Source: Clostridia bacterium
GTDB lineage: Bacteria > Bacillota > Clostridia > Oscillospirales > CAG-272
Assembly (NCBI GenBank): GCA_017622085.1
Contig: JAGARU010000097.1
Coordinates: 23,956-87,955, forward strand
Length of the DNA stretch: 64,000 bases
Reading direction: 5' to 3'
Positions 1 to 9,677 of the stretch are shown here, in pieces. Position 1 is the stretch's first letter; each line of letters opens with the position of its first letter. Below the pieces are notes generated by a model that saw nothing but the letters and a program-made list of their open reading frames with translations, was not told the DNA's origin and ran no database searches. A program made the position numbers and the translations under genes.

Positions 1-3000
1 GCGGGCACCCTCAAGGGCCTCGGGCACAATGGCATCGGCCAAAACCGTTGCGGAGATCTCGTCCTTGTTTGCAAGCACGATGCCCTCCAGCTTTTCGTTG
101 CCGGAAACGGAAACGGTGATGTGGTCGGTTACGTTAAAGTCGGAGTCCTTACGCATGGTCTGTACCTTGCTGACGATCTCGTTTACAAAGCCTTCTTCAA
201 TCAGGGCAGGGGTCAGATTGGTATCCAGCGCCACGGTAATGCCGTTGTCGGCCACAGTGAAGTAACCGGACTTCTGCTGAATATCGATCAGAAGATCCTC
301 AGGTGTCAGACGAACCTCGTCGCCGTCAAAGTTGAAGACCAAAGCACCCTCCGTATCCAGAGTAGCCTTAGCCGCGTTGCCGTTTACTTCAGCCAGCGCG
401 GTGCGGATCTTGCCAAGGAGCTTGCCGTACTTAGGACCAACGGTTTTAAGCTGGGGCTTGAAGCTGTAGGAGGTAAATTCGTCTACGCTGTCAACAAAGG
501 TAACCTTCTTTACGTTCAATTCTTCCTCAATGATCTGCGTGTAGAACGCATTCAGGGTGAACTTAGCGTTAATGAACATTTCCGCCAAGGGCTGACGGTT
601 CTTGATGGTGGAGCCGTTACGCGCGGAACGAGCCAGAACAACCGCCTTGAGCACGTTGTCCATGTTGGCCTCCAGCTCGCGGTCAATGTGTGCCTCGTTT
701 ACTACGGGGAAGTCGCACAGATGTACGCTCTCCGGCGCATTCTTATCCACACTGCAAACCAGGTTGCGGTAAATGGATTCTGCCATGAAGGGAATCATGG
801 GGGCGGAAGCCTTGGCCAGAGTAACAAGCGCGGTGTACAGGGTCATGTAAGCGTTGATCTTATCCTGCTCCATGCCCTGAGCCCAATAGCGCTCACGTCC
901 GCGGCGCACGTACCAGTTACTCAGATCGTCGGCAAACTCGTCCAGAGCGCGAGCCGCCTCGGGAATGCGGTAGTTCTCCAGATGCTCGTCCACCAGCTTG
1001 ACCATGGTGTTCATCTTGGAGAGCGCCCACTTATCCATAACGGAAAGCTTATCGTAGTCAAGGGTGTGCTTGGTGGGATCAAACTTGTCGATGTTGGCGT
1101 ACAGCACGTAGAAGGCGTAGGTGTTCCAAAGAGTACCCATAAACTTACGCTGACCCTCAATTACGGCCTTACCGTGGAAGCGGTTGGGCAGCCAGGGCGC
1201 GGAGTTGGTATAGAAGTACCAACGGATGGCATCGGCACCGTAGGTTTCCAGCGCCTCGAAGGGATCGACGGCGTTGCCCTTGGACTTGGACATCTTCTGT
1301 CCGTTTTCATCCTGTACGTGGCCAAGCACGATTACGTTCTTGTAGGGAGCCTTGTTGAAGATCAAGGTGGAAATAGCAAGAAGGGAATAGAACCAACCGC
1401 GGGTCTGGTCTACAGCCTCGGAGATAAAGTCAGCCGGGAACTGAGCCTCAAACAGATCCTTGTTCTCGAAGGGATAGTGATGCTGTGCAAAGGGCATGGA
1501 GCCGGAGTCAAACCAGCAGTCAATTACCTCGGGCACACGCTTCATCTGTCCGCCGCACTCGGGACACTTCAGGGTAACTGCATCGATGTAGGGGCGGTGG
1601 AGCTCAATGTCGTCGGGGCAGTTATCGGACATAGCCTTCAATTCCTCAATGGAGCCAATGGCGTGACGGTGTCCGCACTCACACTCCCAGATGTTCAGGG
1701 GAGTACCCCAATACCGGTTACGGCTGAGACCCCAGTCCTGTACGTTCTCCAGCCAGTCGCCAAAGCGGCCCTTGCCGATGGATTCGGGAATCCAGTTGAT
1801 GGTAGCGTTGTTCTTGAGCAGATCCTCGCGAACAGCGGTCATCTTAATGAACCAGGATTCTCTTGCGTAGTAGATCAGGGGCGTGTCGCAACGCCAGCAG
1901 AAGGGATAGTCGTGCTCAAACTTGGGCGCGTCAAAGAGAAGTCCCTGCTCCTCCAAATCACGGAGAACCATGGGGTCGGCCTTCTTAACGAACACACCGG
2001 CGTAGGGCGTGTCCGCAGTCATTTCGCCCTTGGCATCAACAAACTGCACGAAGGGAAGATCGTAGCGGCGTCCAACCTGAGAGTCGTCCTCACCGAAGGC
2101 GGGCGCAATGTGTACGATGCCGGTACCGTCGGACATGGTAACGTAGTCCGCGCAGGTTACGTAGTGTGCCTTCTTTTTCTGCTTCTTGGCGGAAGCGCCG
2201 GCGCAGGCAAAGAGGGGCTCGTATTCCTTGTATTCAAGGTCCGCACCGGTATACTTCTCAAGGATCTCATAAGCGGGAGCCTCGTCCTTGGCAAGACCGC
2301 CAAGAACCTTGTCAAGCAGAGCCTCGGCCATGTAGTAGGTGTATCCGTCAGCCGCCTTTACCTTGCAGTAGGTCTCTCTGGGATTTACGCAAAGAGCCAC
2401 GTTTGAGGGCAAGGTCCAGGGGGTGGTGGTCCATGCAAGGAAGTAAGCGTCCTCGCCTACAACCTTAAAGCGAACCACAGCAGAGCGTTCCTTTACGCTC
2501 TTATAGCCCTGCGCTACCTCGTGGGAGGACAGGGGAGTGCCGCAACGGGGGCAGTAGGGCACGATCTTGAAGCCCTTGTAAAGGAGACCCTTATCGAAGA
2601 TCTGCTTCAGTGCCCACCATTCGGACTCGATAAAGTCATTGTGATAGGTAACGTAAGGATTGTCCATATCCGCCCAGAAGCCAACGGTGCCGGAGAAGTC
2701 CTCCCACATGCCCTTGTACTTCCAAACGCTTTCCTTACACTTGTCAATGAAGGGGTCGAGACCGTACTGCTCGATCTGCTCCTTGCCGTCAAGACCGAGG
2801 AGCTTTTCTACCTCCAGCTCAACGGGAAGACCGTGGGTATCCCAGCCGGCCTTGCGGGGAACCATGTAGCCCTTCATGGTGCGGTAACGGGGAATCATGT
2901 CCTTGATTACACGGGTCAGTACGTGACCGATGTGGGGCTTGCCGTTGGCCGTGGGAGGGCCATCGTAGAAGGTGTATTCCTTCGATCCGCGGCGAAGCTC

Positions 3001-3096
3001 TACGCTCTTTTCAAAGATGCGATGCTCCCGCCAGAATTTTTCCGTCTCTTTTTCGCGGGTGACGAAATCGAGATTCGGTGATACTTTTTCGTACAT
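1..3096 (-). CDS. ileS: isoleucyl-tRNA synthetase, type 2 (3' end of gene lies beyond window start)
   Basis: Absent from the ORF track because it runs off the window. Hand translation of the reverse strand from 3099/3096 gives MMYEKVSPNLDFVTREKETEKFWREHRIFEKSVELRRGSKEYTFYDGPPTANGKPHIGHV. KMSKS is read at rev-comp ~1285-1300. GGAGG at 3103-3107 favours ATG 3096 (alternative 3099). The + ORF 121..2406 is its antisense shadow. Confidence 0.93.
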   Translation of the reverse strand, partial: MYEKVSPNLDFVTREKETEKFWREHRIFEKSVELRRGSKEYTFYDGPPTANGKPHIGHVLTRVIKDMIPRYRTMKGYMVPRKAGWDTHGLPVELEVEKLLGLDGKEQIEQYGLDPFIDKCKESVWKYKGMWEDFSGTVGFWADMDNPYVTYHNDFIESEWWALKQIFDKGLLYKGFKIVPYCPRCGTPLSSHEVAQGYKSVKERSAVVRFKVVGEDAYFLAWTTTPWTLPSNVALCVNPRETYCKVKAADGYTYYMAEALLDKVLGGLAKDEAPAYEILEKYTGADLEYKEYEPLFACAGASAKKQKKKAHYVTCADYVTMSDGTGIVHIAPAFGEDDSQVGRRYDLPFVQFVDAKGEMTADTPYAGVFVKKADPMVLRDLEEQGLLFDAPKFEHDYPFCWRCDTPLIYYARESWFIKMTAVREDLLKNNATINWIPESIGKGRFGDWLENVQDWGLSRNRYWGTPLNIWECECGHRHAIGSIEELKAMSDNCPDDIELHRPYIDAVTLKCPECGGQMKRVPEVIDCWFDSGSMPFAQHHYPFENKDLFEAQFPADFISEAVDQTRGWFYSLLAISTLIFNKAPYKNVIVLGHVQDENGQKMSKSKGNAVDPFEALETYGADAIRWYFYTNSAPWLPNRFHGKAVIEGQRKFMGTLWNTYAFYVLYANIDKFDPTKHTLDYDKLSVMDKWALSKMNTMVKLVDEHLENYRIPEAARALDEFADDLSNWYVRRGRERYWAQGMEQDKINAYMTLYTALVTLAKASAPMIPFMAESIYRNLVCSVDKNAPESVHLCDFPVVNEAHIDRELEANMDNVLKAVVLARSARNGSTIKNRQPLAEMFINAKFTLNAFYTQIIEEELNVKKVTFVDSVDEFTSYSFKPQLKTVGPKYGKLLGKIRTALAEVNGNAAKATLDTEGALVFNFDGDEVRLTPEDLLIDIQQKSGYFTVADNGITVALDTNLTPALIEEGFVNEIVSKVQTMRKDSDFNVTDHITVSVSGNEKLEGIVLANKDEISATVLADAIVPEALEGAR

Positions 3097-3107
3097 CATA
3101 TACCTCC

Positions 3108-3378
3108 GTCGCAAATTGCGTCGTAATAAATAACAAAACAAACAGTCCTCCGCCCGAAAAGGGCGAAGGACTGAAAAAACACTTCGCTACCACCTGTTCC
3201 ATACGTTCATATGTATCCCTGTAACGGGGGAACCGTCCGGGGCTACGGTATCTTCGCTCCGGCTGCTCGAAAGTGATCTTCCTCCGTCGCCTACTTCCAT
3301 CGGGCTCGCACCTTGCCCCGACTCTCTTTGGGTTTTAGCGGCGGATTACTGTCTTTGTCATCGCATTTATGGTATTCG
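3108..3378 (-). promoter_or_regulatory. T-box leader, Ile (AUC) specifier, with terminator/antiterminator
   Basis: Reverse-strand elements: AGAGAG (rev-comp 3323-3328) and GGTGCGA (3306-3312) in stem I. Specifier context GAAG-ATC-A (ATC = rev-comp 3275-3277). T-box core ACAGGTGGTAGCGAAG (rev-comp 3183-3198). Terminator hairpin CAGUCCUUCGCCC/GGGCGGAGGACUG plus U-tract (3130-3173); its 5' arm can alternatively pair with the T-box GCGAAG. Confidence 0.85.
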
Positions 3379-3383
3379 ATCAA

Positions 3384-3412
3384 ATTGTAGCACAGAAAAG
3401 GGATTCTGTCAA
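3384..3412 (-). promoter_or_regulatory. sigma-A type promoter driving T-box/ileS
   Basis: Reverse strand TTGACA (3407-3412), 17-nt spacer, TACAAT (3384-3389), directly after the glyQS stop. Confidence 0.7.
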
Positions 3413-3417
3413 GGGTC

Positions 3418-4815
3418 TTAGAAAGCGATCTTTTCCTCAATATAAGCCTTAAGGGAATCGATCGGAATACGAACCTGCTCCATAGTATCGCGGTCACGTA
3501 CGGTTACGCAGCCGTCGGTCTCGGACTCAAAGTCGTAGGTGATGCAAAGGGGAGTACCGATCTCATCCTGGCGGCGGTATCTCTTACCGATGGAGCCGGT
3601 CTCGTCGAAGTCCACGTTGAAGAACTTCGCAAGGTCGGAGAATACCTCCTCAGCCTTGTCGGAGAGCTTTTTGGAGAGGGGAAGAACCGCTGCCTTGAAG
3701 GGGGCAAGGGCGGGATGAAGGTGAAGAACTACGCGAACGTCGTTCTTTTCCGCATCCACAACCTCCTCGTCGTACGCGTCAACCAAGAAGGCAAGTGCCA
3801 CGCGGTCTGCACCGAGAGAGGGCTCAACGACGTAAGGGATGTACTTCTCGTTGGTTTCGGGATCGAAGTATTCCATGGACTCGCCGGAGTGGTTTGCGTG
3901 CTGGGTCAGGTCGTAATCGGTACGGTCCGCTACGCCCCAAAGCTCGCCCCATCCGAAGGGGAAGAGGAACTCAAAGTCCGTGGTAGCCTTGGAGTAGAAG
4001 CAAAGCTCCTCGGGGGAGTGGTCGCGGAGACGAAGGTTTTCGTCTCTCATGCCAAGGTTCAGAAGGAACTGATGGCAGTAGTTCTTCCAGAAGTGGAACC
4101 ACTCAAGGTCAGTGCCGGGCTTGCAGAAGAACTCAAGCTCCATCTGCTCAAACTCGCGGGTACGGAACACGAAGTTGCCGGGGGTGATCTCGTTACGGAA
4201 GGACTTACCGATCTGAGCTACGCCGAAGGGAACCTTCTTGCGGGAAGCACGCTGAATGTTCTTGAAGTCAACAAAGATACCCTGCGCAGTCTCGGGACGA
4301 AGGTAGAGCTCATTCTTGCTGTTTTCGGTAACGCCCATGTAGGTTTTGAACATCAGGTTGAACTTACGGATCTCGGTAAAGTCACGGGAGCCGCAGTCGG
4401 GGCAACAGATGCCCTTTTCCTTGATGAAGGCAGCCATCTGGTCAAAGTCCCAGCCGGCGGGATTGTCGTCGGTGCCGTTCTCAAAGGCGTATTCCTCAAT
4501 CAGCTTGTCCGCACGGTGGCGTCCACGGCAAACCTTACAGTCCATAAGGGGGTCGGAGAAGCCGCCTACGTGGCCGGAGGCAACCCAGGTCTGGGGGTTC
4601 ATAATGATGGCGCTGTCAAGGCCCACGTTATATTTGCACTCCTGTACAAACTTCTTCCACCAAGCGCGCTTCACGTTGTTCTTGAACTCTACGCCAAGGG
4701 GGCCGTAGTCCCAGGAGTTGGCAAGACCGCCGTAGATCTCGGAGCCGGGGAAGATAAAGCCGCGGTTCTTGCAAAGAGCGACGATTTTGTCCATTGTCTT
4801 TTCTGTGTTCTGCAT
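3418..4815 (-). CDS. glyQS: glycyl-tRNA synthetase, dimeric class II
   Basis: 465-aa ORF. N-terminus [34 protein letters not shown] and overall length are typical of alpha2-type GlyRS. Confidence 0.95.
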   Translation of the reverse strand: MQNTEKTMDKIVALCKNRGFIFPGSEIYGGLANSWDYGPLGVEFKNNVKRAWWKKFVQECKYNVGLDSAIIMNPQTWVASGHVGGFSDPLMDCKVCRGRHRADKLIEEYAFENGTDDNPAGWDFDQMAAFIKEKGICCPDCGSRDFTEIRKFNLMFKTYMGVTENSKNELYLRPETAQGIFVDFKNIQRASRKKVPFGVAQIGKSFRNEITPGNFVFRTREFEQMELEFFCKPGTDLEWFHFWKNYCHQFLLNLGMRDENLRLRDHSPEELCFYSKATTDFEFLFPFGWGELWGVADRTDYDLTQHANHSGESMEYFDPETNEKYIPYVVEPSLGADRVALAFLVDAYDEEVVDAEKNDVRVVLHLHPALAPFKAAVLPLSKKLSDKAEEVFSDLAKFFNVDFDETGSIGKRYRRQDEIGTPLCITYDFESETDGCVTVRDRDTMEQVRIPIDSLKAYIEEKIAF

Positions 4816-4847
4816 GTTGATTTATCCTTTCGGTAACAAATAAAAAC

Positions 4848-5849
4848 TTAACGGTAGGGAGTGAAGGCCGCCAAGGCCTCCTCAGTATCGGGGTAAAATA
4901 CCTCGCGGTCGGCAGAATAGGTGCCGGGATAGGTTTGGGATTTGATGGAATAGGATGCATAGGAGAGCAAAATGGAAATGTGATCCCGCACGTCCTCGAT
5001 GGTAACGTTTGTGGAGACGACCCGTGATACGGCCGTATACAGCTCGTCGATCCGCAAAAGATTCTCAAGGGTCGTAAACCGAGCCATCAAGGCATTCGCA
5101 AAAGTCAGCACTGTGGAGACACGGCTGCCGCCGTTTTCATAATCGTCAAAGGAGAGGAGCCACACGGCGTTTTCCTTGGTGATGTAGCGGTCACCGGCCT
5201 CCAGCAGCAGGGTCGCACCCGCACTCTTGGGCGCGGAGGTGTACTGCTTGTTTTCCAGATACATATTGCAGGGCACGGATACCACCGCGTTGCCGGCCAG
5301 CTCCACAATGCGGCCGACGTCGCATACGTTTACGGCCAACCGATAGTCGATCTCAAAGCCAACCAAGGCGGCGATCAGACGGCAGAAGTAGTCCTCCCCA
5401 TAGTCGCCGTATACCTGCCGGAGAGGCGTGTCCGTACCGCTGAGAGAGATCACGCTGTCCTCGGGAATGGCAATGACGGAAATTTCCTTGCTTTCGGTGT
5501 TCACACAAAGCACCGCAATAAAATCGGCCTCGATTTTACGGCTGTGCGTGCCAAGAGCACCGGGGGTAGCGGGCGCATCCATGCGGTAGTCGTCAAACTC
5601 CTCCGGACGGTAGTCAAGACCCATCAAAAGCACCGTCACCGTGGTGTCCTCCTCGGGGAACACCGGCGGGCTCTCGGGCAAAAGAGCCGGGGAACGGTCG
5701 TTTTCAAAGAGAAGACGAAGTGCATCCGACAGAGATACCGGCTCACCCGTGTCCGGGATCAGCACCCGTCCCACAAGGAAGAACCCCAGCGCCAGAACAG
5801 CGGCTACCGCGCAAAAGACCGCGAGAACCGTGCGAACTTGGCCCTTCAT
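4848..5849 (-). CDS. membrane-anchored LytR-CpsA-Psr (LCP)-like protein, divergent
   Basis: N-terminal TM helix (VLAVFCAVAAVLALGFFLVG). LCP-like core layout: TVLLMGLDYR ... FIAVLCVNTESKEISVIAIPEDS ... GFEIDYRLAVNV ... LAGNAVVSVP. GGGAGGAG RBS precedes ATG 5849. Confidence 0.5.
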   Translation of the reverse strand: MKGQVRTVLAVFCAVAAVLALGFFLVGRVLIPDTGEPVSLSDALRLLFENDRSPALLPESPPVFPEEDTTVTVLLMGLDYRPEEFDDYRMDAPATPGALGTHSRKIEADFIAVLCVNTESKEISVIAIPEDSVISLSGTDTPLRQVYGDYGEDYFCRLIAALVGFEIDYRLAVNVCDVGRIVELAGNAVVSVPCNMYLENKQYTSAPKSAGATLLLEAGDRYITKENAVWLLSFDDYENGGSRVSTVLTFANALMARFTTLENLLRIDELYTAVSRVVSTNVTIEDVRDHISILLSYASYSIKSQTYPGTYSADREVFYPDTEEALAAFTPYR

Positions 5850-5885
5850 AGCATCTCCTCCCTTGCAATCTTCATCTTTCTTTCC

Positions 5886-5914
5886 ATTATATAATAGTTT
5901 TTTTCAAATTTCAA
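5886..5914 (-). promoter_or_regulatory. sigma-A type promoter for LCP-like gene and glyQS
   Basis: Reverse strand TTGAAA (5909-5914), 17-nt spacer, TATAAT (5886-5891). Confidence 0.65.
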
Positions 5915-6030
5915 TACCGGGGATAAAGAAATAATGGGATTTCTGCCCTCTGTTTTTGGAACATTCGCCAAAATCGGCAAAAAGGGCGGAATATTCTTGA
6001 ATTCTGTGAAAAAATTCTATATTAAACCTA

Positions 6031-6059
6031 TTGATTTTGAAAAAAAAGTCTGCTATAAT
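6031..6059 (+). promoter_or_regulatory. sigma-A type promoter upstream of ptsH
   Basis: TTGATT (6031-6036), 17-nt spacer, TATAAT (6054-6059). Confidence 0.65.
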
Positions 6060-6125
6060 AGTGACAATATAAGAGAGCCCGTAGGATCTCGTCCCTTAGA
6101 TAATCGTTGATTGGAGTTTACTGCT

Positions 6126-6395
6126 ATGGTATCATGTGAAATTACAATAAAAAATAACGTGGGTCTTCATGCCCGTCCTGCTACCTTCTTCATTCAGAAG
6201 GCCAATTCCTATAAGAGCTCGATCTGGGTTGAGCGTGATGAAAGAAGAGTAAACGCCAAGAGCCTTCTGGGTGTCCTTTCCATGGGCATCGTAAAGGGAA
6301 TGACCGTTACCCTTTTGGCAGACGGCGAGGACGAGGATGCCGCGCTGAAGGGTCTGTCCGAGCTGATCGACACAGGCTTCATTGATGCAGAATAA
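6126..6395 (+). CDS. ptsH: phosphocarrier protein HPr
   Basis: Starting at ATG 6126 puts GLH(15)ARPA and NAKS(46)LLGV at the canonical His15 and Ser46 positions. 89 aa. Confidence 0.92.
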   Translation: MVSCEITIKNNVGLHARPATFFIQKANSYKSSIWVERDERRVNAKSLLGVLSMGIVKGMTVTLLADGEDEDAALKGLSELIDTGFIDAE

Positions 6396-6441
6396 CGCTG
6401 TGTAAGCGCGCTAAATTCGGCATAACCGGAAATAATTATGG

Positions 6442-6478
6442 ATAGCGATGGTTTTACAGAGCCATCGCTATGTTTTTT
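6442..6478 (+). terminator. rho-independent terminator of ptsH
   Basis: ATAGCGATGG / CCATCGCTAT stem (6442-6451 / 6462-6471) followed by T6. Confidence 0.85.
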
Positions 6479-6491
6479 AGGAGGTGAGTTT

Positions 6492-8345
6492 GTGACGGAG
6501 GAGACCTTGATGGCCCTCAGGGAAAAATCGGCGGCATTGCCCCGCCGCCCCGGCGTGTATCTTATGAAGGACGTAAACGGCCGTGTGATCTACGTGGGCA
6601 AATCCCGCTCCCTGCGTGACCGTGTGTCTCAGTATTTCCATCTCGGCAAGGACGCCAACGTCAAGACCCGCCGCATGGTGTCCTGCGTATACGACTTCGA
6701 TTTCCTTTTGTGCGATACGGAAATTGAGGCGCTGACCCTTGAAAACAGCAAGATCAAGCAGTACGCCCCCAAATACAACATCAAGCTGAAGGATGCCAAA
6801 TCCTACCCCTATATCAAGCTGACCATGCAGGAGGCCTACCCCCGCATGCAGATGACCCGCCAGCGGGCGGCGGACGGCGCCAAATATTTTGGCCCCTATT
6901 CCGGCACCTCTACCGTTTATGAGGTGATGAAAACGCTGGAAAAGTATCTGAAAATCCCCACCTGCCACCGGGAGTTCCCCCGGGATATCGGCAAGGAGCG
7001 CCCCTGCCTCTATAAGCAGCTGGGTCGGTGCGTTGCCCCCTGTGACAACAGCATCGGGCAGAAGGATTACTACGAGATCATGCAGTGCGCCTCCGGCATT
7101 CTCCGCGGCAATACCCGCGCCGCTATTGCCGAGACGGAGACTAAAATGTACGAGGCCGCAGAGAGGGAAGCCTTTGAGGAGGCTGCCCGTTATCGGGATC
7201 GGCTCATGGCCATCAAAAAGCTGGGCGAATCCCAAAAGGTCGTAGCCTCACCCGATGCGGAGTATGATATCATTGCTGAATATACCGATGACGTTTCCAC
7301 CTGCGTTTCCGTTTTCTATATCCGGAGCGGCATCGTGTTTGATAGCGAAAGCTTTACCTTCGGCGCCGGCGAGGTAACCGCGTCGGAGGAGGGCGACTAT
7401 TCCTTTATGAGCTCCCTGATCAGCCGCCTGTACGCGGGTAGGGAATACATCCCCAAAGAGGTGCTTTTAAGCTTCGACCCCGGTGATGGCGAGAGGGAAA
7501 CCTTAACGGCCTATCTTACCTCGCTGGCCGGACGTAAGGTGGAGGTGCGCACCCCGGAGCGCGGCGAACGCCGCCAGCTCTGCCGCATGGTCATGGAAAA
7601 CGCTATGCACGTGGCCTCCGAGTTTCGCCGTAAGGCCGAAAATGACGTCAAGGTGCTGGTTCGTCTGGCAGATCTGCTGTCCCTTGAGGTGGTGCCGGAG
7701 CGGATCGAGGCCTACGATATCTCCAACCTGGGTGCCGAGCATATTACCGCCGGCATGATCGTCTCGCAAAACGGAAGCTTGAAGCGGGGCGATTACCGCA
7801 CCTTCAAGATCAAGGGCAACGGCGCCCCCGACGATTACGGCGCCATGCGGGAGACCATCCGCCGTCGCTTTGCCCATTTGGCTGACGGAGAGGGAAGCTT
7901 CTCGGAAATGCCCGATCTGATCCTTCTGGACGGAGGCATGACCCACGTAGCCGCCGTCAAGGAGGTTTTGGGAGAGCTTGGACTGGCCATCCCCACCTTC
8001 GGTATGGTTAAGGACGAGCACCATAAGACCCGAACCATCGTTACCGAAGCGGAGGAGCTGAGCATTGCCAACGACCAGGCGGTGTTCGTGTTCGTTTATA
8101 AGCTCCAGGAGGAGGTGCACCGCTACACGGTGTCCCGCATGGATTCTGCCAAGCGCAAGACCCTGCGCCGCTCCGCCCTTGAGAGCATCCCCGGCATCGG
8201 CCCCGCCAAGGCCAAGGCGCTCCACCGCCATTTCGGCACCGTCGCCGCCATGCGCACAGCCACCTGGGAGCAGTTCCGGGAGGTGCCCGGCGTCACGGAA
8301 AAGGATGCAGACAACCTGCTCCGCTATTTTGAAGAGAAAAATTGA
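6492..8345 (+). CDS. uvrC: excinuclease ABC subunit C
   Basis: GIY-YIG motif (GVYLMKDVNGRVIYVGKSRSLRDRVSQYF) and a C-terminal HhH region. GTG 6492 follows AGGAGG (6479-6484). The track start 6438 would overlap the ptsH terminator. Confidence 0.95.
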   Translation: MTEETLMALREKSAALPRRPGVYLMKDVNGRVIYVGKSRSLRDRVSQYFHLGKDANVKTRRMVSCVYDFDFLLCDTEIEALTLENSKIKQYAPKYNIKLKDAKSYPYIKLTMQEAYPRMQMTRQRAADGAKYFGPYSGTSTVYEVMKTLEKYLKIPTCHREFPRDIGKERPCLYKQLGRCVAPCDNSIGQKDYYEIMQCASGILRGNTRAAIAETETKMYEAAEREAFEEAARYRDRLMAIKKLGESQKVVASPDAEYDIIAEYTDDVSTCVSVFYIRSGIVFDSESFTFGAGEVTASEEGDYSFMSSLISRLYAGREYIPKEVLLSFDPGDGERETLTAYLTSLAGRKVEVRTPERGERRQLCRMVMENAMHVASEFRRKAENDVKVLVRLADLLSLEVVPERIEAYDISNLGAEHITAGMIVSQNGSLKRGDYRTFKIKGNGAPDDYGAMRETIRRRFAHLADGEGSFSEMPDLILLDGGMTHVAAVKEVLGELGLAIPTFGMVKDEHHKTRTIVTEAEELSIANDQAVFVFVYKLQEEVHRYTVSRMDSAKRKTLRRSALESIPGIGPAKAKALHRHFGTVAAMRTATWEQFREVPGVTEKDADNLLRYFEEKN

Positions 8346-8371
8346 CCGTCACCGACGGGAAAGGATACGAT

Positions 8372-8968
8372 ATGAGAATCATTACCGGAAGCGCCCGAGG
8401 CGCTAATCTTGAAACCTTAGAGGGCGAGGCGACCCGCCCCACCAGCCAAAGAGTCAAGGAGGCCGTGTTCTCCATGATCCAGTTTGAGATCGAGGGAAGG
8501 ACCGTGCTGGATCTGTTTGCCGGCTCCGGCCAGCTGGGTCTTGAGGCTCTCAGCCGCGGCGCCGCCCGTGCCACCTTCTGCGATAACTCCCGTGAGGCGG
8601 TGGACGTGGTGATCCGCAACGCCAAAAAGACCCGTCTCTTTGACCGTTGCCGCATCGGCGTAAACGATTACGCCACCGCCATTCGCTCTATGGCCAAAAG
8701 GGAAAAATACAACCTGATCTTCATTGATCCCCCCTACGCTATGGATCTTTGCCCGGAGGTGCTCCGCCGCTTGGCGGAGGCCGACGTCTGCGCACCGGGT
8801 GCTATTGTGGTGTGCGAGTCCGGCAAGGAGGACGTGTTCGGCGGTGACGAAGCGCTGGCCGCCAAATACCGTGTGCTCAAGAAAAACCGCTACTCCATCT
8901 CCTACATCACGCTCTTGACCCCTGCGGTGGAGAATGCGGAGGAGGAAGTGGGGGAAGACCGTGAATAA
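8372..8968 (+). CDS. rsmD: 16S rRNA (guanine966-N2)-methyltransferase
   Basis: MRIITGSARGANLETLEGEATRPTSQRVKEAVFSMI ... LDLFAGSGQLGLEALSRGA ... DPPY. Confidence 0.9.
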   Translation: MRIITGSARGANLETLEGEATRPTSQRVKEAVFSMIQFEIEGRTVLDLFAGSGQLGLEALSRGAARATFCDNSREAVDVVIRNAKKTRLFDRCRIGVNDYATAIRSMAKREKYNLIFIDPPYAMDLCPEVLRRLAEADVCAPGAIVVCESGKEDVFGGDEALAAKYRVLKKNRYSISYITLLTPAVENAEEEVGEDRE

Positions 8969-9449
8969 AAGGCCCGTTGCCATCGTTACGGGGAGCTTTG
9001 ACCCTGTAACGGTAGGCCATGTGGAGATCGTGCGCCGTGCCGCCACCATGTTTGACCGCGTCTACGTGGTCGCCCTCTCAAACCGGGAGAAGCAACACCG
9101 CTTCACTTCCGCCGAGCGCAAGGAAATGCTCCGTTTGGCCATGGAGGAGATTCCGGGCGTGACCGTGGATGCTTATGAGGGCATGACGGCAGATTATATG
9201 CACGCCCACGGCATCACCACCATCGTTCGCGGCGTGCGGGGCGAGGACGATCGCGCCTACGAGCAGTACGTGGCCGAGCGTATGCGGGAGTTTGACCCCG
9301 CCTTTGAGACCGTATTGCTTCCGGCAGGCGAGGGAATGGAGGAGATCAGCTCCACCTCCGCCCGCGAGGCCATCGAGCAGGGCGACGATCTCTCCCCACT
9401 TCTCCCCCCGAAGGTGGCCGACTATATCCGGCGCCTTGTGAACCCATGA
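8961..9449 (+). CDS. coaD: phosphopantetheine adenylyltransferase
   Basis: VAIVTGSFDPVTVGHVEIVRRA nucleotidyltransferase motif. In-frame GTG 8961 overlaps the rsmD stop. The track start 8934 is an alternative. Confidence 0.9.
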   Translation: MNKRPVAIVTGSFDPVTVGHVEIVRRAATMFDRVYVVALSNREKQHRFTSAERKEMLRLAMEEIPGVTVDAYEGMTADYMHAHGITTIVRGVRGEDDRAYEQYVAERMREFDPAFETVLLPAGEGMEEISSTSAREAIEQGDDLSPLLPPKVADYIRRLVNP

Positions 9450-9461
9450 ACCCATAACCGA

Positions 9462-9500
9462 CAGCCTCTTCGCTTTCCCGGCGAGGAGGCTGTTTCTTTT
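9462..9500 (+). terminator. rho-independent terminator of coaD
   Basis: CAGCCTCTTCGC / GCGAGGAGGCTG stem followed by TTTCTTTT. Confidence 0.75.
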
Positions 9501-9555
9501 GTGCGTAAATGTAAAAAATATCCATCATTACCAACAATTACTAAATAAAATTGTT

Positions 9556-9619
9556 AAAAATTAGAAATACCCTCGGAAAAATGCTCATAACGCTTAAAAA
9601 AATCGACAAAAATTAGAAA
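9556..9619. repeat. 12-bp direct repeat AAAAATTAGAAA (two copies) upstream of the dcw promoter
   Basis: Identical copies at 9556-9567 and 9608-9619, start-to-start spacing 52 bp. ATCGACA (9603-9609) lies beside the second copy. Confidence 0.6.
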
Positions 9620-9636
9620 AAATGCAAAATTCCCTA

Positions 9637-9665
9637 TTGCTATTTTTGGGTGAGTGTTGTATAAT
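9637..9665 (+). promoter_or_regulatory. sigma-A type promoter of the dcw cluster (Pmra)
   Basis: TTGCTA (9637-9642), 17-nt spacer, TATAAT (9660-9665). Confidence 0.7.
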
Positions 9666-9677
9666 GGAAACACAAAA

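Noticed and set aside
121-2406. 761-aa + strand ORF, with smaller ones at 2166..2468 and 2521..3081
   Set aside because: It lies exactly antisense to ileS, whose reverse-strand translation has unambiguous IleRS motifs. The product is a G/V/A/L/H-rich string typical of antisense frames in GC-rich DNA, and no RBS is present.
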